Source: an uncultured Aquiluna sp. (GTDB lineage: Bacteria > Actinomycetota > Actinomycetes > Actinomycetales > Microbacteriaceae). From it: a stretch of 64,000 nucleotides of DNA. Positions 32,870 to 42,274 of the stretch are shown here, in pieces. The notes below the pieces were generated by a model, which ran no database searches, was not told the DNA's origin, and saw only the letters and a list, made by a program, of their open reading frames with translations. The stretch lies in NCBI GenBank assembly GCA_913775595.1, contig CAJYLB010000001.1, positions 62,001 to 126,000 on the forward strand, written 5' to 3'. Within the stretch, counting starts at the first letter, position 1. Each line of letters opens with the position of its first letter. The translations under genes were made by a program, and so were the position numbers.

Positions 32870-34174
32870 TTAGGTAACCCGATTGCCGTCCATCGAGACC
32901 TGCTTGTAGTCACCAGATGCAACCAGATCTCTAAGGCGCAAGAAGCCTTCGAAAACCTCTTCGTAGCTGGTTGGCAATGGCGATATCGCAAGCCGGATAG
33001 CCTCCGGTTCTCGGTAATCGGGGATGACTTTCTTCAGCTTTCTAAGAGCGAGGGCGATTTGTTTTGCGTCTGGATGTTTCAAAATTATGTGCCCACCACG
33101 ACTTTGCGCCTCTGACGGGGTAGCTAGCGAAAAGCCCAGCTCTTCAAGCCATTGAGAGTTGAGCCTGATCATCAACTCGGTCCCCACCGCCGCTTTGGCC
33201 TCAATGTTTTCGATGCCCGCCTCAGCAATCATTTCGAAGGCAACCTCGACGCCTCGGATGCCAATAATCGAGGGCGAGGCTATCTGGAATCTGCGCATTT
33301 CATCGCTGGGTTCGAAGTAAGGCCCCATTTCAAACTGCTTGTCCTGGGCAAACCAACCCTGAATAGGAACCCGCAAATCTTGTTGCAGCTCCTTGCGCAC
33401 GTAGAGCCATGCTGGTGAGCCGGGTCCTGAGTTTCCGTATTTGTATGTGCAGCCAACTGCAAGATCGACACCGTTGGCGTCCAGGTCAAGCTTGATAGAG
33501 CCAACGGCATGCGAGCAGTCCCAGACCACCAAAATGCCAAAGCTTCTTGCCAGATCAGTAATTGCTTTGAGGTCCTGCCTGCAGCCGGAGCGGTAGTTGA
33601 TTGCCTGAAGTGTTAGCAGTGCAACATCCTCGTCGAGGTGTGGCTCGAGGTTCTCTGCAGTGATTAGCTCAAATTCAGACTCGATTGCGACTGCACCCGG
33701 GCCTGATGAGCCGTCATTGTCCAGGGTCACAAGCTCGAGGCCATGCTGCTGGGCAATGCCCGCCAAGACATACCTGTCAGTGGGGAAGTTTGAAGCGTCG
33801 ATTAGTACTTTTTTGCGTCCGGGTCTTGCCATGATCGCAGCGGAGCAAAGCTGGAAGAAATTCACGCTTACCGTGTCGCAGACCAATACCTGACCGGGTC
33901 CAGCTCCCAGTGCCGCTGCCCCAACAAGATCACCTGCACTTTGCGCCTGATCAATCCAATGGCTCCAACCATCAACTAATTCATGCCCCCACTCGGAAGT
34001 TAGAAAACTGTTCACCTCGTCAATGGTTCGCTTTGGAAGCCTTCCTAATGAATTGCCATCTAGATAGCAAACGTCGCTGTCTGAGAAGTGAAAGAGGTTG
34101 CGAAAATTCGCCAGCTTGTCTTCGCTGTCTAATTTGCGGACGAAATCGATGTCCACCGGGGAGGGAAACTCCAT
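32870..34174 (-). CDS. kynU: Kynureninase
   Basis: YLDGNSLG, NFPTDRY, WDCSHAVG, GCTYKYGNSGPG (PLP Lys), GWF, DYREP. Confidence 0.94.
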   Translation of the reverse strand: MEFPSPVDIDFVRKLDSEDKLANFRNLFHFSDSDVCYLDGNSLGRLPKRTIDEVNSFLTSEWGHELVDGWSHWIDQAQSAGDLVGAAALGAGPGQVLVCDTVSVNFFQLCSAAIMARPGRKKVLIDASNFPTDRYVLAGIAQQHGLELVTLDNDGSSGPGAVAIESEFELITAENLEPHLDEDVALLTLQAINYRSGCRQDLKAITDLARSFGILVVWDCSHAVGSIKLDLDANGVDLAVGCTYKYGNSGPGSPAWLYVRKELQQDLRVPIQGWFAQDKQFEMGPYFEPSDEMRRFQIASPSIIGIRGVEVAFEMIAEAGIENIEAKAAVGTELMIRLNSQWLEELGFSLATPSEAQSRGGHIILKHPDAKQIALALRKLKKVIPDYREPEAIRLAISPLPTSYEEVFEGFLRLRDLVASGDYKQVSMDGNRVT

Positions 34175-34187
34175 CCCAACACTCTAC

Positions 34188-35975
34188 TCAGACCAGTAGC
34201 TGGTGTTTGGCCAATTCGGCATAGAGGGGAGTAGATTTCACGAGCTCGGAGTGGGTCCCCACCCCAAGAATGCGCCCGTGCTCCAAAACTATGATCTGGT
34301 CCGAGTCAACAACGGTTGAAAGTCGGTGCGCGATTACCAGTAGCGTTCGGTCTTGAGCGACTGCGTCAATCGCTTCGCGCATCCGCTGCTCGTTGGGGCC
34401 ATCTAGGGCACTCGTTGATTCATCAAGCAGCAGAATCGGAGGCTTAGCAAGCAGTGCCCGGGCGATGGCTAGGCGCTGGCGCTCGCCACCTGAGAGCATG
34501 ATTCCGTCCTCACCGACTTGGGCCTCAAGACCCTTGGTGTCTCGAGCAAGGACTTCGGAGAGGTTTACCTGCGCCAGAACCTCAGTGAGTTCATCGTCTG
34601 TGGCATCTGATTTGCCGAGCAGCAGGTTGTCTCTGATCGTGCCAGCTAGCACTGGGGCGTCTTGTTCGACATAACCAAGCTGTTCCCTCAGTGATCGCCT
34701 GGAGAACTCAGTGACGTCTTGCCCGTCGAGAAGAATTTTCCCTCCGGTTGGTTCATAAAAGCGCTCGATAAGGGAGAACACGGTTGACTTTCCCGCCCCA
34801 GAAGGTCCGACTAGGGCAACACGAGAGCCACGCTCTACTTTGAAGCTGATCTTCTTCAGGATTGGCTGCGGCTCTTCGTCCTCATCTTCTTGATAGTGGA
34901 ACTCGACCTCCTTGAATTCGATTGCAGACCGGTTAGCTGCGACCCTGTGGTCTCCCACCGGAGTCGGCTCTTCCTCCTCCAGCACCATGATTTCTTGGAT
35001 TCTTGCCAGTGCGCCCAGCGCACCCATGATTGAGGTGTAGGCACCGAATGCTGAGATAAGGGGCCCAACCATGAAGAACAGCAAAATCACGAAGGTAACC
35101 AAAGAGGCAATCGTCGTCGCGCCGGTCGCAACCCTCAGGCCACCAAAGCCCAGCACCACTATGAATGCGGTGTTAAAGGCCACCTGTGCAATGGGAGCAA
35201 CAGCGGCTGAAAGCTTTGCGATGGAAAGACCTTGGTCGTAGGCGGCAGTGGCATCCCTGTAGATCTCCTGGGTCTCGCGCTCTTCAGCCCGAGCCGCGCG
35301 AATGGTGCGAATCGCGCTTAGAGCTCGTTCCACAGCCGCCGACATCTGGCCGACCTTTTGTTGGGCCTTGGTGGTAGCTCGGCGAATTTTTCTTCCGGTG
35401 AACGAGATAGCAAACACTGCAGTGAAAACGACCAACAAAGTCGAGCCGAGCAGCAGCGGATCGATAAATGCCATAACCACGATTGCCCCCACGAACTGCA
35501 GCAGTCCGCCAAGGGCGTCTACAAGCCCCTGGGTAAGAACTGCTTTCAGCAGAGTTGAGTCGGAGCCAACTCGAGAGACGAGGTCACCGATTCTGCGCTT
35601 GTCGTATTGCCAAATTGGCAGTCTGAGCAACCTTGAAACCATTGCTTTTCGAGTGTCCAGCACCACACCCTCACCGGTCTTGTAGAGCAGGTAGTACTGA
35701 AAGGCATTCACGAGTGCACTTGTAATGACCAGCGCGACAATGGCAATGGCAAGATTTCCAAAACCAAGTGATTGTTCCACGGCTGTAATCAGCTGCCCAA
35801 TTAATAGTGGCTGCGCGAGTGCCAGGGCCGAACCAAGCACGGATAGCCCAAGGGCAAAGCCAAGCGCCGTGCGGTGCGGCTTCAGATATGGGAAGAGGTC
35901 CTTCAGGGATGCCCTTGGTCCCTTGTATTCCCTCGACCTCGGATTCTGCGTGGGGTCAGAGTAGTACTCGCTCAC
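34188..35975 (-). CDS. ABC exporter (TMD+NBD), probable homodimer
   Basis: 6-TM domain, GPSGAGKST, LSGGERQR, LLDEST, IAHRLST. Confidence 0.92.
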   Translation of the reverse strand: MSEYYSDPTQNPRSREYKGPRASLKDLFPYLKPHRTALGFALGLSVLGSALALAQPLLIGQLITAVEQSLGFGNLAIAIVALVITSALVNAFQYYLLYKTGEGVVLDTRKAMVSRLLRLPIWQYDKRRIGDLVSRVGSDSTLLKAVLTQGLVDALGGLLQFVGAIVVMAFIDPLLLGSTLLVVFTAVFAISFTGRKIRRATTKAQQKVGQMSAAVERALSAIRTIRAARAEERETQEIYRDATAAYDQGLSIAKLSAAVAPIAQVAFNTAFIVVLGFGGLRVATGATTIASLVTFVILLFFMVGPLISAFGAYTSIMGALGALARIQEIMVLEEEEPTPVGDHRVAANRSAIEFKEVEFHYQEDEDEEPQPILKKISFKVERGSRVALVGPSGAGKSTVFSLIERFYEPTGGKILLDGQDVTEFSRRSLREQLGYVEQDAPVLAGTIRDNLLLGKSDATDDELTEVLAQVNLSEVLARDTKGLEAQVGEDGIMLSGGERQRLAIARALLAKPPILLLDESTSALDGPNEQRMREAIDAVAQDRTLLVIAHRLSTVVDSDQIIVLEHGRILGVGTHSELVKSTPLYAELAKHQLLV

Positions 35976-36824
35976 TTATGTTTCAGCTTTCTCTCTGTGA
36001 AAAGGATTCCCGTAAATAGCCTCGTTTAGAAGGTAATTAATTTCCGTAAAGGCCAGGGCTTGAGTGTATGCGGTGTTCTCTGAGAACTTGCTGTACTCCA
36101 GAAGCGGCAAAACCTCTTTTGCTCTTTTGCTGGTGCGCAGGAACATTAGTGTGGTGTTGGGTTTCCGTGGAAATTCTTTGAGCACCGTGCCGCACCCGTA
36201 GCCGAACACCCGGATTGCAATGTCCGCATCCTCGGGGAAGGATTTTGTGATGAGTCCGTTGTCGGGGACTTCAATCTTTTCTCTTGGCTGGGCTTGCCTT
36301 TGCCAGATCTGGAAGCAGGTCCGCAGCCCGTTCTTAGCACTGATCGGTGTTCCGTCTGCATCCTCATAAGAGACGAAGACGTCTTGGTCGTAGGTAATGT
36401 GAAAATCTCGGTCTAGGCGGTTAGTGACGCTCCACTTTCTCCACGACCTAGGAACTAAAAAGCATATGGTGTCGCTGAATCTGGCAGCGTGGTTGAAGAA
36501 CGGGATCGAGAGAGCATTGTTGCGCCCAAAGGGTGGATTGGTGAAGGTAATTAGGTGCTGTTCCGCCAGCTCTGTTTCTAGAAAGTTTGCTTCTCTTATG
36601 CGCTCCGCTGCCGGGTAGCGGTCAAGGGCGATGATTCTTTGTGCCCCAGCTTTTTGCAAAGCTTCAACAAAGCTGCCATTGCCGGCTGCAGGTTCTAAGA
36701 AGGTACTCTCCGAGGGCTTTGGGATGTGGGGGAGGGCGGCCTGAACCAATGAGGTTGCAAGCTCTCGCGGGGTGTAAAACTGCTCAGTGCCGGTTGTTCT
36801 GCGATTGCCGAGTTTTTCCGCCAC
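35976..36824 (-). CDS. SAM-dependent methyltransferase, probable N6-adenine DNA methyltransferase (gamma-type motif order), solitary
   Basis: EQFYTP (motif X), FLEPAAGNGSF (motif I), TNPPFG (motif IV), ICFLVP (motif VI). Leaderless GTG 36824 preferred (TATCTT 6 nt upstream). Confidence 0.72.
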   Translation of the reverse strand: MAEKLGNRRTTGTEQFYTPRELATSLVQAALPHIPKPSESTFLEPAAGNGSFVEALQKAGAQRIIALDRYPAAERIREANFLETELAEQHLITFTNPPFGRNNALSIPFFNHAARFSDTICFLVPRSWRKWSVTNRLDRDFHITYDQDVFVSYEDADGTPISAKNGLRTCFQIWQRQAQPREKIEVPDNGLITKSFPEDADIAIRVFGYGCGTVLKEFPRKPNTTLMFLRTSKRAKEVLPLLEYSKFSENTAYTQALAFTEINYLLNEAIYGNPFHREKAET

Positions 36825-36897
36825 TTGCAAAAGATATCAGCTGCCCAAAGAATTCTTTAGGTTTTCACTTTTACAAGTAATCTGGAGGGCTGCCGCT

Positions 36898-37857
36898 TTG
36901 GCGCAGATGGAGAAGAGCTTGTTCGCTAAAGATTCCGAAGTTGTTATTCGCGCCAAGAATTTGACTAAGAAATATAAAGACTTCCTTGCCGTCGATGGCA
37001 TCGATTTCGAGGTCAAACGTGGCGAGTCATTTGGCCTGCTGGGGCCAAACGGTGCCGGTAAGTCCACGACCATGAAAATGATTTCTTCTGTCTCACAGCG
37101 GACCGGCGGCGAGCTCACGATTCTTGGCAAGGAGCCAAATACTCACGGCCCTCAGATCCGCGCACACCTCGGCGTCGTGCCTCAAAAGGACCTGCTAGAT
37201 AGAGAGCTCAAGGCGTGGGAAAACCTATTCACCTATGGTCGTTATTTCGGCCTCTCGAGAAAGTTCTTGAAGCAAAAGGTTGAGGAGCTACTTGAGTTTG
37301 CTCAGCTAACCGAGAAGCGCAACTCAAAGGCAGACGACCTCTCGGGTGGAATGCAGCGCAGACTTGCAATAGCGCGCGGACTGGTCAACGAGCCGGAGAT
37401 TTTGATGCTCGATGAGCCCACAACCGGCCTAGACCCCCAAGCCAGGCACATCCTTTGGGATCGGCTATTCAGGCTGAAGGAACAGGGTGTGACTTTGGTA
37501 ATCACTACTCACTACATGGACGAGGCTGAGCAGCTGTGCGACAGGCTCATAGTCATGGACAAGGGAAAAATCATGGCCGAGGGTTCCCCTGCTGCCCTGA
37601 TCAAGGAGTATTCGTCCAAGGAGGTAGTCGAGGTTCGCTTCGGAACCGACAAGAATGAACAGTTTGCACCGCAACTGGAGAAGCTTGCGGATCGGATTGA
37701 GGTCTTGCCAGATCGTATTTTGCTCTATACCGAGAAAGGCGAGGAGCTGCTCACAAGAATCGTTGATGCTGGACTGCACCCAATGACCTCGCTTGTTCGA
37801 AGGAGCTCTCTAGAGGACGTTTTCCTTCGCCTCACCGGAAGGTCGCTGGTCGAATAG
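36898..37857 (+). CDS. ABC-2 exporter ATP-binding subunit (NodI/DrrA-like)
   Basis: GPNGAGKST, LSGGM, LDEPTTGLDPQAR, TTHYMDEAE, LEDVFL.LTG. Start TTG 36898 or ATG 36907 after GGAGG. Confidence 0.92.
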   Translation: MAQMEKSLFAKDSEVVIRAKNLTKKYKDFLAVDGIDFEVKRGESFGLLGPNGAGKSTTMKMISSVSQRTGGELTILGKEPNTHGPQIRAHLGVVPQKDLLDRELKAWENLFTYGRYFGLSRKFLKQKVEELLEFAQLTEKRNSKADDLSGGMQRRLAIARGLVNEPEILMLDEPTTGLDPQARHILWDRLFRLKEQGVTLVITTHYMDEAEQLCDRLIVMDKGKIMAEGSPAALIKEYSSKEVVEVRFGTDKNEQFAPQLEKLADRIEVLPDRILLYTEKGEELLTRIVDAGLHPMTSLVRRSSLEDVFLRLTGRSLVE

Positions 37858-38687
37858 TGGCAGAGCTTACTTACGAGCCCGGAACTGCTGTTGATGCGAA
37901 ACGAGCGGTGCGCTGGGGTGCTTTGCGAGTCGCGGAGTATCGCTTTTACTCCATGAGCAAATGGATGGGTTCAATACTTGCCTTTGGCCTCGGGAACCCC
38001 ATTTTGTTCCTGCTCTCTGTCGGGCTTGGGATTGGAGCGCTGGTTGACGCCAACACCGGCGGTGATGTGCTGGGTGTCAGCTACTTGCAGTTCGTAGCCC
38101 CTGCGCTGCTTGCATCAGCAGCCATCCAAGGAGTGATGGACGAGGTCACCTTTCCTACGATGGACGGGTTTATTTGGGACAAGCTGTTTTTTGCGATAAA
38201 CGCGACATCGATTTCTGCCAGACAGATTGCCAATGGCGTGATGATTGTTGCTCTGGGTAGAGGGCTTTTCACAACACTTCTGTACCTGGGGGTTCTGCTG
38301 ATTTTCGGGGCGGTTCCGCTGGCATCTGTTCTACCGCTGCTGTTCACATCCATGCTCGCCGGCTGGGGCTGGGCTTCAATAATGATGGCCGTCACTGCAC
38401 GCCTGGAAAACGACGAGGGTTACTTTGCTGTGATCGGCAGGTTCGTCATTGCCCCGATGTTTTTGTTTTCGGGAACTTTCTATCCACTCGAGCAGATGCC
38501 TATTTTCCTGCAGCCAATTGGCTGGATACTTCCGCTTTGGCATTCCACGGAGCTCGGCAGGACTCTGAGCTACGAGTACCCGATTGAGCCGACCATGTTG
38601 GCGATTCATCTCGGTTATCTGACCCTGATGGGCATTGTCGGCATGCTGCTGACCTACCCAAAGTTTGAAGAGAGGCTGTCAAGGTGA
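37857..38687 (+). CDS. ABC-2 permease (NodJ-like)
   Basis: SYLQFVAPALLA, PMFLFSGTFYPL..MP, PLWH. Confidence 0.9.
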   Translation: MAELTYEPGTAVDAKRAVRWGALRVAEYRFYSMSKWMGSILAFGLGNPILFLLSVGLGIGALVDANTGGDVLGVSYLQFVAPALLASAAIQGVMDEVTFPTMDGFIWDKLFFAINATSISARQIANGVMIVALGRGLFTTLLYLGVLLIFGAVPLASVLPLLFTSMLAGWGWASIMMAVTARLENDEGYFAVIGRFVIAPMFLFSGTFYPLEQMPIFLQPIGWILPLWHSTELGRTLSYEYPIEPTMLAIHLGYLTLMGIVGMLLTYPKFEERLSR

Positions 38688-39526
38688 TTACCCAGCTGGT
38701 TGTCTCTCAAGCCGTTGCTATTCAGGAGCGGAGAAGCTCTAGGCCCGGAAGTTCGATCTATTCGGGAAGATCCTTCACTTTGCTTGAGCGAGGGTTCAGA
38801 GCTTTCAAGAGTTCGAACTGGATGGTCGTGTTGTCGGGATTCGTCGAGCCGGTTCTCTACCTGCTCGCCTTCGGTTTCGGTATTGGGCAGCTTATCGGGA
38901 ACCTAGAAGATGGCCTGGGCAGGCCGGTCAGCTATGCAGCCTTCATTGCCCCCGCACTCCTTGCGACTAGTGCCATGAATGGTGCCGTCTATGACTCCAC
39001 CTGGAACGTATTCTTCAAGATGCACTTCGGCAAGATCTACCAGGTCATGCTCTCCAGCTCACTCGGCCCGATGGATGTTGCGCTTGGGGAGATTGGTTGG
39101 GCGCTTCTTCGTGGCGTTGCCTATTCGCTTGGTTTTATGGCTATTGTCACGCCGCTCGGGCTAGTGACTAACGCCTGGGGCATACTCGCAATACCTGCAG
39201 CAACGCTAATTGCCTTCGGTTTTGCATCTATTGGTATGGCGATAACCAGTTACCTCAAGAGCTTCCAGCAAATGAACTGGGTAACTTTCTTTATGCTGCC
39301 CATGTTCCTTTTCTCCGGAACCTTCTTCCCAGTCAGCGTCTACCCCCAGTGGATTCAGATGATTGTTCAGGCGTTGCCGCTATGGCAGGGCGTTGAGCTA
39401 ATTAGGTCGCTAATGCTCGGCATCGTGGACTGGAGCCTGCTCGGCCACGTTGCCTACTTCCTGGCGATGATTGCCGGAGGCCTCTGGTTTACAACCGTGA
39501 GGCTAAAAGCGCTGTTTATGCGCTAG
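38684..39526 (+). CDS. ABC-2 permease (NodJ-like)
   Basis: EPVLYLLAFG.G.G, YAAFIAPALLA, PMFLFSGTFFP. Confidence 0.9.
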   Translation: MITQLVVSQAVAIQERRSSRPGSSIYSGRSFTLLERGFRAFKSSNWMVVLSGFVEPVLYLLAFGFGIGQLIGNLEDGLGRPVSYAAFIAPALLATSAMNGAVYDSTWNVFFKMHFGKIYQVMLSSSLGPMDVALGEIGWALLRGVAYSLGFMAIVTPLGLVTNAWGILAIPAATLIAFGFASIGMAITSYLKSFQQMNWVTFFMLPMFLFSGTFFPVSVYPQWIQMIVQALPLWQGVELIRSLMLGIVDWSLLGHVAYFLAMIAGGLWFTTVRLKALFMR

Positions 39527-39901
39527 TTACCAAAAGACAGCCAACACCACGTTGGTCAGAGTAAGGCCGCCGATTAGTCCCAGCGTGCCGGCCCTAACAA
39601 TGTCTTTCTTACGGTTGAGCATCACAAGTACCAGTATCACCAGCACCACGGCTGTCTTGACTGCGATCTTGATGTGGTCAACCTCAAAGTTTGCTCCCAT
39701 GGCTATGCGCCACTCGGCCACGCCAACCAGTAACAACCCGGTCACAAAAGCCGTCCATGCACCGTGGACCATCGCTGGAATGACCTTTGCTGAGCCAGCG
39801 GACATTGCCTTGATTTGCGTCAGAAAGCCGCCTAGAAGCGATGCCAATCCAACAAAGTGCAATACGAGAAGTGAGTTACGAACCAGTTCTGCAATTTCCA
39901 T
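39527..39901 (-). CDS. Small 4-TM hypothetical membrane protein (124 aa)
   Basis: ATG 39901 preceded by GGAGG and a TAGACT -10; LHFVG, MVHGA..TGL.LVG, HIKIAVK, NVVLAVFW. The ORF track extension to 40174 overlaps ribH and looks spurious. Confidence 0.75.
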   Translation of the reverse strand: MEIAELVRNSLLVLHFVGLASLLGGFLTQIKAMSAGSAKVIPAMVHGAWTAFVTGLLLVGVAEWRIAMGANFEVDHIKIAVKTAVVLVILVLVMLNRKKDIVRAGTLGLIGGLTLTNVVLAVFW

Positions 39902-39990
39902 TTTTCCTCCAGGATTCCAGTCTAGGCATCGAGCCCGTGACGAGCGGAGGCATTCGCCTTCGATATAGACGTCGCCTTGGGAAATCGCGG

Positions 39991-40449
39991 CTAAGCGAGA
40001 TTGACCATGGAGAGAGCGGCTTGAACCGCCTCGGCCCCTTTGTCTTCTTTTGAGCCCTCTAGACCCGCGCGTGCTAGTGCCTCTGCTTCGTTGTTCACCG
40101 TCAGGAGGCCAAATCCAATTGGGACCTTGGTGTCGAGCTGCACCCTGGTGAGGCCATCCGTCGCCGCCGAACAAACGTAGTCAAAATGAGGAGTCTCTCC
40201 TTGGATAACTACCCCTAGCGCAATGACTGCTTGTGCTCCGCTGGCTGTTGCCTTCTGGGCAGCCAATGGCAGCTCGAATGCGCCGGGAACTCTCCAGATA
40301 GTTACGTCAGTTGCTCCCGATTTAGCGAGCTCTTTTCTAGCACCGGCCAGCAGGCCATCCATTATTTGGGTGTGCCACGATGTGGCCAAGACATAAATCT
40401 TCAGGCCTTCGCCACTTACTTCAAGTTGCGGTGCTCCGCTTCCACTCAC
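39991..40449 (-). CDS. ribH: 6,7-dimethyl-8-ribityllumazine synthase
   Basis: VPGAFELP, LGVVIQGETPHFDYV, PIGFGLLT, KGAEA. Confidence 0.97.
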   Translation of the reverse strand: MSGSGAPQLEVSGEGLKIYVLATSWHTQIMDGLLAGARKELAKSGATDVTIWRVPGAFELPLAAQKATASGAQAVIALGVVIQGETPHFDYVCSAATDGLTRVQLDTKVPIGFGLLTVNNEAEALARAGLEGSKEDKGAEAVQAALSMVNLA

Positions 40450-41687
40450 TACTTCAGGTTAGCGGGAATCGTGTGGCCCATGCGAGCGCGCTTTGCCTCG
40501 AGGTAGCCGAGGTTTTCCTCTGCCAGTCCGACAATTAGAGGCACAGTCTCGTTGACGGGAATTCCACCGTCTTCGAGGTAGCGCTTCTTGGCTGGGTTGT
40601 TTGTCAAAAGCCTCACGCTCTTGATTCCTAGGTCGCGCAGAATTGCCACAGCGGCACCATATTCACGAGCCTCGCTTGGAAGTCCTAGGGCGAGGTTGGC
40701 ATCTACTGTGTCCAGACCCTCCTCCTGCAAGGAGTAGGCCTTGAGCTTGTTCAAGAGCCCAATGCCGCGACCCTCCTGGCCACGGAGGTAGATAACTACT
40801 CCGCCAGTTGGCTCGGTGCCAATTGCATCCATAGCTCCTTCGAGCTGGGGTCCGCACTCGCACTTGAGAGAACCGAAAGCCTCTCCGGTGATGCACTCGG
40901 AGTGAAGTCTTACCAGCACATCTTCGTTACCAATGTCGCCTGCGATGATCGCTACGTGGTCGGCAGTCGTCTGCACGTCGTAGTAGCCGCGCACTTTGAA
41001 GTCGCCGTGGGTGGTAGGAAGCTTTGCCTCTGCCTCAAACCGAATTCGGTTGCTGCTGTTCTTTCGCTCCGGGGAGCGCTTCTCCAGGTGATCACGGAGG
41101 TGCGAAATTGTGCTCATAGGTAAGTCAAACCTCTGGGCTACCTCAAATAATTCCCCTCCTCGCATCATGGTCCCGTCGTCATTGACCAATTCAGCCATGA
41201 GGGCAACGGGCTCAAGCCCCGCCAGTTCCATTAGCTCGACAGCCGCTTCGGTGTGACCAGGACGCTCTGCTATCCCTCCGGGCACCGCTCTGAGAGGGAT
41301 AACATGCCCCGGTCGAATCAGCGATGCGGGAGTTGAGTGAGGGTTTGCCAAAACGTTTGCAGTGTTCGCGCGCTCAGCAGCAGAAATGCCAGTTGAGGTT
41401 CGGTTTGCTGCGTCAACGCTCACGGTGTAGGCGGTCTGGTGAGGGTCTTCGCTGTTGAGCCACATCAGTGGCAATTCAAGCTGGTTTGCCCTCTCTTCAC
41501 TCATGGGAGCGCACAGATATCCAGAGGTGTAGCGGACCATCCAGGCCACCCACTCGGGAGTCGCAAACTGAGCGGCGATGATTGCATCACCCTCGTTCTC
41601 GCGATCCTCGGCATCGGAAATGATGACCGGCTTGCCCTCTCTAAGGGCAGCCAGCACCTCCGCTATGCCGCTGTATTCGATCTTCAC
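40449..41687 (-). CDS. ribBA: Bifunctional DHBP synthase / GTP cyclohydrolase II
   Basis: DRENEGD, TGISA.ER, RPGHV.PL, GHTEA; RLHSECITGE.FGS.KCECG, QEGRGIGL.NK, LLTNNP. Confidence 0.97.
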   Translation of the reverse strand: MKIEYSGIAEVLAALREGKPVIISDAEDRENEGDAIIAAQFATPEWVAWMVRYTSGYLCAPMSEERANQLELPLMWLNSEDPHQTAYTVSVDAANRTSTGISAAERANTANVLANPHSTPASLIRPGHVIPLRAVPGGIAERPGHTEAAVELMELAGLEPVALMAELVNDDGTMMRGGELFEVAQRFDLPMSTISHLRDHLEKRSPERKNSSNRIRFEAEAKLPTTHGDFKVRGYYDVQTTADHVAIIAGDIGNEDVLVRLHSECITGEAFGSLKCECGPQLEGAMDAIGTEPTGGVVIYLRGQEGRGIGLLNKLKAYSLQEEGLDTVDANLALGLPSEAREYGAAVAILRDLGIKSVRLLTNNPAKKRYLEDGGIPVNETVPLIVGLAEENLGYLEAKRARMGHTIPANLK

Positions 41688-42274
41688 TTAAACTCCATGA
41701 GCCTTTCAATGTGCTTTGCAAGCACGTCAGCTTCAACATTTACCTTGTCACCTGGCTTTTTGTAGCCAAGGGTGGTCACTGTCAGGGTCTCTGGGATCAG
41801 ACTTAGCCCCACGACATCATCCTCAATCTCATTCACTGTCAGTGAGATGCCGTCGAAGGTGATTGAACCCTTGTGCACCACGTACTTCATTAGCTCCCCC
41901 GGAACACGAATCTTGACCCAGTCCCAGTTCTCGCTCTTCTCTCTTGAGACAAACTCGCCAACTCCGTCAACGTGGCCTTGAACTATGTGACCCCCGAAAC
42001 GGGTCTTATTGCTCATCGCCCTCTCGAGGTTTATCGGGTCTCCCACCTGAACCCCATCGAGGCTTGAGCGCTTTAGGGTCTCGAGCATCACATCTGCAGT
42101 GAAGCCCTTGTCGTCAATTTCGATTGCGGTGAGGCAGGTTCCTGAGCAGGAGATGGAATCCCCACGACCCAGGTCCGATAGCACCTTCTCGCAACCGATA
42201 GTCAGCCTGATTGCATCCGGCTGCTTCTCAATTGCAAGCACCTTGCCAAGCTCTTCGATGATTCCGGTGAACAT
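41684..42274 (-). CDS. ribE: Riboflavin synthase
   Basis: MFTGIIEE, GTCLT, NLERA, GGHIVQGHVD, KGSI..DGISLT, VNVEAD. Confidence 0.97.
   Translation of the reverse strand: MFTGIIEELGKVLAIEKQPDAIRLTIGCEKVLSDLGRGDSISCSGTCLTAIEIDDKGFTADVMLETLKRSSLDGVQVGDPINLERAMSNKTRFGGHIVQGHVDGVGEFVSREKSENWDWVKIRVPGELMKYVVHKGSITFDGISLTVNEIEDDVVGLSLIPETLTVTTLGYKKPGDKVNVEADVLAKHIERLMEFK

Noticed and set aside
27972..34174. Functional link between formate released by Trp degradation and the adjacent purU-glyA-folD cluster
   Set aside because: The genes are in separate transcription units split by coaD-DUF177, no formate-THF ligase is in the window, and PurU produces rather than consumes formate.
34188..39526. Defence island or restriction-modification system around the methyltransferase
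   Set aside because: The neighbours are ordinary ABC exporters; no nuclease, helicase, toxin, integrase or visible compositional break.
36898..39526. Nodulation (nodIJ) genes
   Set aside because: Family resemblance only; generic ABC-2 exporters of this type are common in Actinobacteria and there is no nodABC.
39902..40174. N-terminal extension of the 215-aa ORF 39527-40174
   Set aside because: It overlaps ribH in another frame; a clear -10, GGAGG and ATG at 39901 define the real start.
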